Shown one piece after another: positions 10,123 to 17,214 of a stretch of DNA of 64,000 nt (position 1 is the stretch's first letter; each line of letters opens with the position of its first letter). The notes under the pieces are model-generated. The model made no database searches, was not told where the DNA came from, and worked only from the letters and a program-made list of their open reading frames with translations. This DNA is from an uncultured Gemmatimonadales bacterium. GTDB taxonomy: Bacteria; Gemmatimonadota; Gemmatimonadetes; Gemmatimonadales; GWC2-71-9. Location of the stretch: the NCBI GenBank assembly GCA_963832055.1, contig CAWHST010000004.1, positions 454,409 through 518,408 on the forward strand, given 5' to 3'. Both the position numbers and the translations under genes were made by a program.

Positions 10123-11250
10123 GTGGGGTCGGGGTTACCCTCTCCACCTGCCAGGCTGTGGGAGCCCGACGGCCCGCGGCCAGCGGCCATCGGCCCAGCG
10201 CTGTGGGAGGCGCTGCGCGAAGCGGTGCATGCGACCCAGGCGGAGTGGGAACGGGCGATCGAGCACGCCTCGGGGGCCGAAGAGGTCACCAACCAGCTGG
10301 CCCAGCTCTCCACCGCGGTGCGGCAACACCTCCTCGGCCCTGTCGGTGAGCCCACCGAAGTGGCCCGGACCGCGCTCGCTCGCCGGCTGCTCGGCCTCAT
10401 CCGCGGCGCCTTTCTGGACCGGGCACAGTCTCTCCCGGCGCCGCCCGATTCCGGACAGCTGCTGCGCATGCTGGGTGCGATCGAGCACGTGAGCCAGCGG
10501 CTCGAGGCCGACTGGGCCCAGCATTTCACCGACCGGCTCTCCTCGCCCGACGGGCTCGAGCTGGTGGTCGAAGTCGCCCACGATCTTCGCTCGCCGCTCA
10601 CCTCGATCCTGTTCCTCGCCGAGACCCTCCAGCGCGGCCGGAGCGGGCCGGTCAATCCGGTCCAGGAGCGTCAGCTCGGCCTCATCTACAGCGCGGCCTT
10701 CGGCCTCAGCTCGGTGGCGAGCGACGTGATCGAGCTGGCCCGGGGCGGCGACCGGCTGGTGGATCTCGACCCGATCCCGTTCTCGGTCACCGATATCTTC
10801 GAGTCGGTGCGGGACATCGTCCAGCCGATCGCCGAGGAGAAGAACCTCAGCGTGCGGCTCGCCACCCCCGAAGCGGATTTCCGGATCGGGCACCCGGTGG
10901 CCTTGAGCCGGGTGCTGCTCAACCTCACCACCAACGCCCTCAAGTTCACCGCCGAGGGATTCGTGGAAGTGGTTGCCCGCCAGACCGGCGCCCGGCGCAT
11001 CGAGTTCTCGGTTCGCGACACCGGCCGCGGCATCCCTCCCCAGTCCATGGCCACCCTGTTCGAGCCGTTCCGCCGGCGGCAGAAGCACAACGAGTACGCC
11101 TTCTCGGGCTCCGGGCTGGGGCTCTCCATCTGCCGCAAGCTGGTGGAGGCGATGGGCTCCACCCTGCAGGTCGAGACCGAGCAATCGGTGGGAACCCGCT
11201 TCTATTTCGAGCTGGACCTGCCGCTGGCCGGCGAGACGGCGCTCGGGTAG
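10123..11250 (+). CDS. Sensor histidine kinase (HisKA + HATPase_c), cytoplasmic
   Basis: H-box VAHDLRSPLTSILFLAETL, N-box LLNLTTNALKFT and G-boxes VRDTGRGIP / GSGLGLSIC. The track ORF starts at 9844 inside the NtrC gene. I place the start at the in-frame GTG at 10123, which is uncertain. Confidence 0.85.
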   Translation: MGSGLPSPPARLWEPDGPRPAAIGPALWEALREAVHATQAEWERAIEHASGAEEVTNQLAQLSTAVRQHLLGPVGEPTEVARTALARRLLGLIRGAFLDRAQSLPAPPDSGQLLRMLGAIEHVSQRLEADWAQHFTDRLSSPDGLELVVEVAHDLRSPLTSILFLAETLQRGRSGPVNPVQERQLGLIYSAAFGLSSVASDVIELARGGDRLVDLDPIPFSVTDIFESVRDIVQPIAEEKNLSVRLATPEADFRIGHPVALSRVLLNLTTNALKFTAEGFVEVVARQTGARRIEFSVRDTGRGIPPQSMATLFEPFRRRQKHNEYAFSGSGLGLSICRKLVEAMGSTLQVETEQSVGTRFYFELDLPLAGETALG

Positions 11251-11554
11251 GCGCCCCTACCCCCCGCGTAGGACCCCCGCTAAATTCTTGACGCTGGCCA
11301 CCCTGAGAGGCGAGTGCTGTTGCGCGAACCGGCGACCCGGCCGGCTGCCGCGCAGCCGAAGCCCGGCACCCCACGCATGGTGGCGACAGCGTGACCCCCA
11401 TGGCGGGTCTCAGCTCCCCAGCATCGCTCCACCGACCTGCCGCAGACCGGGTCCGGCGAGGTGTCGCGAGCGATGGGCGGGGAGCATGAGGCCCGGAACG
11501 AGAGAGACGTGAACCGACCCGATCCGGCCCGCTCGGCATCTGAGCCAGCCTCCC

Positions 11555-13169
11555 GTGCACGCCCCGAACGCCGCCCTGCTGATCGATTTCGACAATGTCA
11601 CCCTTGGCATCCAGAAAGACCTGACCAAGGAGCTGCGCACCCTTCTCAACAGCGACATCATCAAGGGCAAAGTCGCCGTCCAACGCGCCTACGCCGACTG
11701 GCGTCGCTACCCGCAGTACATCGTTTCCCTCTCCGAGTCGTCGATCGATCTCATCTTCGCGCCCGCCTTCGGGTCCACCAAGAAGAATGCGACCGACATC
11801 CGCCTCGCCATCGACGCGATCGAGCTGGTGTTCACCCGGCCCGAGATCGGGACCTTCATCCTGCTCTCCGGCGACAGCGACTTCTCGACCATGGTGATCA
11901 AGCTCAAGGAGTACGGGAAATACGTCATCGGGGTCGGGATCCGGGAGTCGGCCAGCGATCTCCTGATTCAGAACTGCGACGAGTATTACTCGTACAACGA
12001 TCTCGCCGGTCTCACCAAGGAAGTGGACACTCCGTCCATCCAGCGCGATCCGTGGGAGCTCGCGGGGCAGGCCGTGGCGCAGATGGCCCGCAACGGCGAC
12101 GTGATGCGGTCGGACCGGCTGAAGCAGGTCATGCAGCAGATCGACCCGAACTTCGACGAGCGCAACGCCGGCTTCAACCGCTTCAGCAAGTTCGTGCTCG
12201 AGGCGGGACAGCGCGGCGTGGTGACGGTGACCAAGCTCGACAACGGGCAGTTCGAGGTGTCTCCGGGAGCGGTGGCCGCCGCCGCGCCCGCGGCGCTGCC
12301 GGCGCCCCGGTCGCGAGACGGTGAGACCGCGCGAGCGCGAGCCCGCGAGCCCCGCGAGGGCCGGGAGGATGGAGGCCGGGGAAGGCGCGGCCGGCGCGGT
12401 GGCCGCGGCCGCGGCGAGCGCCAGGCGAGCCCGGCCGACGAGTCGTCGGTGCGCGACGCGCCGTCGAGCCGGCCGAGCCCGACCGACGGCGCGCTGTCCC
12501 TCGCCCGCGCGTTCCAGCTCATGGCGCAGGCGCTGAGCGAGCTCCGCGGCCCGGTCACCCAGGAGGCGCTCCGCCTGCGCATGGCGGCGCTGCACGGGCG
12601 CGAGGATGCCCTGCTCGATCCGGCGCGCTTTCCCCGGCTGCTGCGCCAGGCCAACGATGCCGAGATCGCCGATGTGCGGAAGGTCGGCGACGACGACTAT
12701 GAGATCTCGGATCGTCGCGGTGCGGGAATGGCGCCTCCGTCACCCGCTTTACCCGCGGTATCCCCCGCCTCGGGACCAGCGGTGGAGCCGGCCGATGGCG
12801 CCGAGCCCGCCGAACCGGCCGCCGAGGTCCCGGCCGGCGCCCGGGAGAACGGCCAGCGGTTCGGCGTTCGCTTCCGGCGCGGCTCGCGTGGTGGATTGCG
12901 CGCGGGGGAAATTCCGCTCATCGGCGTGGTGCAGATGGACGTCGCGCCGGTCGAGGCTCTGCCGAGCCGAGATCGCCGAGCCGACCGAAGCAATCGAGCC
13001 AAAGCCAGCCCGTCCTCGGCGGGCGCCCAGGAAGAAGAAGGCCGCGACCGCCACGGCGGCCAAGGCAGACAAGCCGGCCAAGGCGGAGGCGTCGGGTGAA
13101 GACCCTGGCGCGGCTCCGGTGGCCACGGCCAAGCGAGGCCGGACCCGGGCCCGGAAGAAAGCGGAGTGA
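11555..13169 (+). CDS. NYN-domain (PIN-like RNase fold) protein with OST-HTH/LOTUS-like region and basic low-complexity tail; frameshift near ~12965
   Basis: N-terminus ALLIDFDNVTLG...VQRAYADW...DLIFAPAFGSTKKNATDIRLAIDAIEL...ILLSGDSDFSTMVIKLKEYGKYVIGVG is the limkain-b1-type NYN pattern. Helical segments follow, then an R/G/E-rich stretch. The frame of ORF 12606..13169 ends in a Lys/Ala-rich tail (...PRKKKAATATAAKADKPAKAE...KRGRTRARKKAE), and its stop forms a GTGA overlap with the next gene's start. Confidence 0.75.
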
Positions 13170-13951
13170 AGCGGCAACGACGGGCAGCGACGCTGCCCGT
13201 CGCGTTTTTCGACCGGCCCGCCGATGTCGTGGCGCGCGAGCTGTTGGGAGCGCTGGTGGTGTCACGGGCCGGTGGCGCCCGCACCAGCGCCCGGATCGTC
13301 GAGACCGAGGCCTACCTGGGCTACCGCGATCCGGCCTCCCACGGATACCTCCACCGCCGAAACGACCGCAACGCCGCGCTGTTCGGCCCGCCGGGCTCGT
13401 GGTACGTGTACTTGTCGTATGGAATCCACTGGTGCGCCAACCTCGTGTGCGGTGCGGAAGGAACGGCGGGCGCGGTCCTGTTGCGTGCGCTGGAGCCGGT
13501 GGAAGGCCTGGAGTGGATGCGGGAGCGAAGGGGCAGGGTGGACGACCGCGACCTTTGCTCGGGGCCGGGAAAGCTGTGCCAGGCGCTGGGTATCACCCGG
13601 GGCCTCGACGGCCGCATGATGCCGGACGCGGAGGTCGTCGTGATGCCGCCTTCGGTGGCCCTCCCGTTCCAGATCCTCACCACGCCGCGCATCGGCATCA
13701 CCAAGGCGGCCGATTGGCCGCTTCGGTTCGTGGTGGAGGGGAATCCGCACCTATCGGGGCGGGGCGGCGGGTGCGGGCCGGTCTTAGGCTCTCCAGCGGT
13801 CCGCCGGAGTGACGCAGCTAGAAAACGACGACGGGCAGCGCTCTCACGCTGCCCGTCGTTTCGTTGGTGGGGTGCCGCGCCGGCTACTTGTACCCGCCGG
13901 TCTTCACCGATTCGCGGGCGCCGCCGAGGCCGAACCGGAGGCCGCCGCTGA
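13166..13951 (+). CDS. DNA-3-methyladenine glycosylase (MPG/AAG family); 3' end probably over-extended
   Basis: LPVAFFDRPADVVARELLG...ARIVETEAYLG..DPASH......GPPGSWYVYLSYGIHWCANLV...VLLRALEP...GPGKLCQALGI...PRIGITKAADWPLRF is the family signature. The family normally ends soon after ...GNPHLS. The two other frames have stops at 13786-13788 and 13810-13812, just before a terminator hairpin at 13824. Confidence 0.85.
   Translation: MKRQRRAATLPVAFFDRPADVVARELLGALVVSRAGGARTSARIVETEAYLGYRDPASHGYLHRRNDRNAALFGPPGSWYVYLSYGIHWCANLVCGAEGTAGAVLLRALEPVEGLEWMRERRGRVDDRDLCSGPGKLCQALGITRGLDGRMMPDAEVVVMPPSVALPFQILTTPRIGITKAADWPLRFVVEGNPHLSGRGGGCGPVLGSPAVRRSDAARKRRRAALSRCPSFRWWGAAPATCTRRSSPIRGRRRGRTGGRR
13177..13209 (+). 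terminator. Intrinsic-terminator-like hairpin + T5 (palindrome family C, copy 1)
   Basis: ACGACGGGCAGCG A CGCTGCCCGTCG followed by CGTTTTT. It lies immediately after the NYN-gene stop (13169) and inside the first ~15 codons of the glycosylase ORF. Confidence 0.5.
13824..13865. terminator. Bidirectional terminator-like hairpin (palindrome family C, copy 2)
   Basis: AACGACGACGGGCAGCG CTCTCA CGCTGCCCGTCGTT, flanked by A-rich sequence on the left and T-rich sequence on the right. It lies between the convergent glycosylase and OMP genes. Confidence 0.5.
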
Positions 13952-14568
13952 AGGTGTGGGTCGGCCCGCTGAGCAGCCGGCCGAACGCGACCGGATTGCC
14001 GTCGGCATCGGAGACCGACGTCGTTGCCCGGGCTGGTGGTGATCTGATATTGGCCGAAGGCCATCAGCCGACCGAGCTGGAAGGTGATGCCGGCCAGGAA
14101 GGTGCCGAATCCGGTGCTGCCGAGCTCTTCGGCATCGCTCTGGAACGCGGTCGCGTTCTGCGGGGTCGGGCTCACCACGTGCATGATGCCGTAGCCGACG
14201 CCGAGGTAGGGCTGCGCGGCGGCCTTGATCGGGTACGCCATCAACACCGCGGAGTACTTCCGGATGTCGTTGAACGTCACCGGCTGGGTCCCGCTCAGGT
14301 CGCTGTAGGCGCTGGTCTCGTCCGAGCCCACGCCCTCTTCGACCGAGAGCAGCAGGCCGGTCCGCCGGGCGATGATCAGGGTCTGGCCCCCGAAGGTCGG
14401 AATGGCGGTCCGGTCCTGCGTCGGGGTATCGAAGAACATGACCCCGCCCTGGCCACCCACGTACCACTGGAAGTTGCTGTTGCCGGGCTCCTGCGCGGCG
14501 GCAGAGAGCGCCCCCAATGACAGTGCCAGCGCCGCGACCGGAATGCTGCGAGAGAGCATGCGCATCAC
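13884..14568 (-). CDS. Outer-membrane beta-barrel protein (OmpA-like barrel/porin-family), frameshift near ~14010
   Basis: Signal peptide MMRMLSRSIPVAALALSLGALSAAAQE, then alternating beta-strand pattern (WYVGGQGGVMFF..., YLGVGYGIMHV, FLAGITFQLG...FGQYQITT). After a 1-nt correction the C-terminus reads ...VSDADGNPVAFGRLLSGPTHTFSGGLRFGLGGARESVKTGGYK*, with the stop at 13884-13886. The remainder of track ORF 13321..14568 is read-through. Confidence 0.75.
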
Positions 14569-14823
14569 AGACTGCCTCCGTAAGGTGTCCGCACCAGGCG
14601 GGCCCTGGCGCCTACCGCGTCCCCAGTCGGCGGTACGTCAAAATGCGGGAAACTTGCTGGAAAGCGCGGGAGGGGAGGGGGAACGTTGGAGGTGGTATCT
14701 GCTTATACAATGCAAGAGTTGCAGGACTCACCCCACCGGGACTCTCCAGCCCGTCGGAGGGGTTGCGGGTGCAAGAGGCGGGCCGATGGCCTGGGGAGGA
14801 GGGTGCGCCAGAGGGCCCGCAGG

Positions 14824-16023
14824 TCAGATCAGGCGGAGCTGCCTCCCCACTTTGGAGAAGGCGCCAAGTGCCTGATCCAGGTCGTCCCTGGTGTGTGAGG
14901 CGGAGATCTGGCAGCGGACCCGCGCCTGGCCCTGGGGCACGACCGGGTAGCCGAAGCCGGTGACGAAGACGCCCTCGGCGAGGAGGAGGTCGCTCATGCG
15001 TATGGCGGCCGAGGTCTCGCCCAGGATCACGGGAATGATCGGGGTCTCGCCGGGCAGGGGCTTGAAGCCGAGCTCCAGTAGCCGCTCGCGAAAGTAGCGC
15101 GCCTGCTGGCGCAGGTGGGTGACGCGCTCGGGATGGGCCTCGAGGTATTCGATGCTGGCGAGCGAGCTGGCCGCCACGGTGGGCGGAAGCGCGTTGGAGA
15201 AGAGCTGGGGCCGCGCGCGTTGCGTCAGGTAGTCGCAGGTCGCCGCCGACGCGGCGACGAACCCGCCGGCGGCGCCGCCCAGCGCCTTGCCCAGCGTCGA
15301 GGTGATGATGTCCACGTCGCCCAGCATGCCGAAGTGCTCCGCCGTTCCCCGGCCGTTCGCGCCCAGCACACCGGTGGCGTGGGAGTCGTCCACCACCAGC
15401 ACCGCCTGGTGCCGGCGGCAGAGCTGGAGCAGGTCGGGCAGCCGCGCGATCGCGCCCTCCATCGAGAACACCCCGTCGGTGATCACCATCCGCACCCGCC
15501 GGTCGCGCGCGGCCGCCAGCTTCTGTTCCAGGTCGGCGAGGTCCGAGTGCTTGTAGACCGCCGTCTGGCACTTGGTGATCGCCTTGGCGAGCCGGACCCC
15601 GTCGATGATGGACGCGTGGTTGAGCTGATCGCTGATCACGATGTCGTCCTCGCCCAGCAACGTGCCGGGCACCGCTTCGTTGGCGTTCCAGCAGCTCACG
15701 AAGCTGAGCGCGGCCGGCGTGCCCACCAGCCGAGCGCAGGCCGCCTCCAGCGCGCGATGGACGGTGAAGGTTCCGCAGATGAAGCGGACCGAGGCGGTGC
15801 CCGCGCCCCAGCGGTCGAGCGCGGCCTTGCCGGCCGCGACGACCTCCGGCTGGTTGCTCAGGCCCAGGTAGTTGTTGGAAGACAGGATGATGACGTCGCC
15901 GCGTCCCTCCATACGGACCCGCGGCGCCTGGGGGCTGTCGAGGAAGTTGAGCCTCTTGTAGACCCCATCGCGGATGAACTGCTCCAGCTCGCTCTCCAGC
16001 CGCTGTTCCAGCGGGTTGCTCAT
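14824..16023 (-). CDS. kbl: 2-amino-3-ketobutyrate CoA ligase (glycine C-acetyltransferase)
   Basis: MSNPLEQRLESELEQFIRDGVYKRLNFL...ILSSNNYLGL...ICGT...DQLNHASIIDG...DGVFSMEG...VDDSHATG...ITSTLGKALGG (PLP lysine context). It forms an ATGA overlap with tdh. Track ORF 14824..17172 over-extends upstream. Confidence 0.93.
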   Translation of the reverse strand: MSNPLEQRLESELEQFIRDGVYKRLNFLDSPQAPRVRMEGRGDVIILSSNNYLGLSNQPEVVAAGKAALDRWGAGTASVRFICGTFTVHRALEAACARLVGTPAALSFVSCWNANEAVPGTLLGEDDIVISDQLNHASIIDGVRLAKAITKCQTAVYKHSDLADLEQKLAAARDRRVRMVITDGVFSMEGAIARLPDLLQLCRRHQAVLVVDDSHATGVLGANGRGTAEHFGMLGDVDIITSTLGKALGGAAGGFVAASAATCDYLTQRARPQLFSNALPPTVAASSLASIEYLEAHPERVTHLRQQARYFRERLLELGFKPLPGETPIIPVILGETSAAIRMSDLLLAEGVFVTGFGYPVVPQGQARVRCQISASHTRDDLDQALGAFSKVGRQLRLI

Positions 16024-17060
16024 GCCCCGACCTCCAGGATCACTTTCCCCGCCTGGCCCGCCTTGATGACCTGAATCGCGTCGCCGATGCACTCGAGCGG
16101 AAACCGATGGGTGATCACCGGCCGGGGATCGAGCTGTCCGGCCAGGAGGAATTGCCGCATCTGGTGCCAGGTCTCGTACATCTTCCGGCCGGTCACGCCG
16201 TAGAGGGTGAGTCCCTTGAAGATGACGTCGCGCGCGAAGTCGGTGTCGGTCCTGCGGCTCGGCGTGCCCAGCAGGTTGACCCGTCCACCGAGGCGCGCGG
16301 CGGCGAACGCGGTGGCGTGGCCGTCGGGATGACCGCTCATCTCGCAGACCAGATCCACGCCGTTCCCGCCGGTAAGCTCCTTGATCCGTGCCAGCACGTC
16401 GTCGTGGCCGGGGTCGAGGGTCACCTGGGCCCCCATGGCTCGCGCCAACTCCAGCCGGCGGGGATTGTAGTCGCTGGCGATCACCAGCGACGCCCCCGCC
16501 GCGCGGGCGACGCCGACCGCGAAGCACCCGATCGGCCCGCAGCCGAGGACGAACACGGTGTTGCCGGGCACCCGACCCTCGAGCACGGTGTGCACCGCAT
16601 TCCCCATGGGGTCCATGATGGCGCCGACCTCGGTGGGGATGCCGTCGAGCTTCATGACGTTGGACGCGGGCATCGCGATGAAATCGGCGAAGGCACCGTC
16701 GCGGTCCACTCCGATGATCTGGGTCCGCTGGCAGAGGTGGGCGTCGCCGAGCCGGCACTGGAGGCAGTGGCCGCACACGATGTGTCCCTCGGCGGTCACC
16801 AGGTCGCCGACGGCGAGCAGGCCGGCGGTCTCGGCCTCCTGCCCCAGCTCCACGATCTCCCCGGCGAACTCGTGGCCCACGACCACCGGCGGCTTGAGCC
16901 GCTGGCTGGCCCAGGTGTCCCACTCCCAGATATGGAGATCGGTGCCGCAGACGCCGGCGTGCCGGACGCGGATCAGGACCTCGGAGGAGCCGCAGGTGGG
17001 CTTGGCGACATCGCGGAGCACCATCCCGGGTCCGGGGCCTGCTTTCACCAGAGCGCGCAT
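16020..17060 (-). CDS. tdh: L-threonine 3-dehydrogenase (Zn-dependent MDR family)
   Basis: MRALVKAGPGPG...VRHAGVCGTDLHIWEWDTWA...VVGHEFAGEIVELG...GHCLQCRLGDAHLC...VLGCGPIG. The order tdh-kbl is the classic threonine degradation operon. Confidence 0.93.
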   Translation of the reverse strand: MRALVKAGPGPGMVLRDVAKPTCGSSEVLIRVRHAGVCGTDLHIWEWDTWASQRLKPPVVVGHEFAGEIVELGQEAETAGLLAVGDLVTAEGHIVCGHCLQCRLGDAHLCQRTQIIGVDRDGAFADFIAMPASNVMKLDGIPTEVGAIMDPMGNAVHTVLEGRVPGNTVFVLGCGPIGCFAVGVARAAGASLVIASDYNPRRLELARAMGAQVTLDPGHDDVLARIKELTGGNGVDLVCEMSGHPDGHATAFAAARLGGRVNLLGTPSRRTDTDFARDVIFKGLTLYGVTGRKMYETWHQMRQFLLAGQLDPRPVITHRFPLECIGDAIQVIKAGQAGKVILEVGA

Positions 17061-17122
17061 GGGGGTCCAGGAAGAAGTCGGGGGGAATATAGGAGAGGTC
17101 GGGTATCAGCCATCCATCGAGG

Positions 17123-17214
17123 AAAGCGTGAACGGTGAACAGTGAACGGTGAAAGGGAAGGTGGCATGACACGCACCCTCCCTTTCACCGTTCACTGTTC
17201 ACCGTTCACGCTTT
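17123..17214. repeat. REP-like palindromic element, family A copy 1 (arms built of GTGAACN heptads)
   Basis: The left arm is CGTGAACGGTGAACAGTGAACGGTGAAAGGGAAGGTG. The right arm is its reverse complement with one mismatch, and the loop is ~10 nt. The stop of the FdhA-like gene (17206-17208) lies inside the right arm, and the tdh start (17060) lies downstream. Confidence 0.7.

Noticed and set aside
3117-12595. Long antisense ORFs opposite real genes (3117..4907, 5212..6570, 7327..8445, 8621..10147, 10946..12595; likewise 52657..54735 and 55641..57071 further on).
   Set aside because: Each lies opposite an ORF with strong family signatures. Their own translations are Arg/Gly/Pro/His-rich with no recognisable motifs, which is typical of shadow ORFs in high-GC DNA.
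14668-14690. G-run GGGAGGGGAGGGGG upstream of the OMP gene considered as a G-quadruplex.
   Set aside because: It has only three G3+ tracts followed by isolated GG pairs, so it does not meet the four-tract pattern, unlike the family-B arms.
14824-17172. 782-aa track ORF suggesting a large fusion protein.
   Set aside because: Only the C-terminal 399 aa (Kbl, from ATG 16023) look real. The upstream part is an out-of-frame reading across tdh (a separate 346-aa ORF in another frame) and starts inside palindrome A1.
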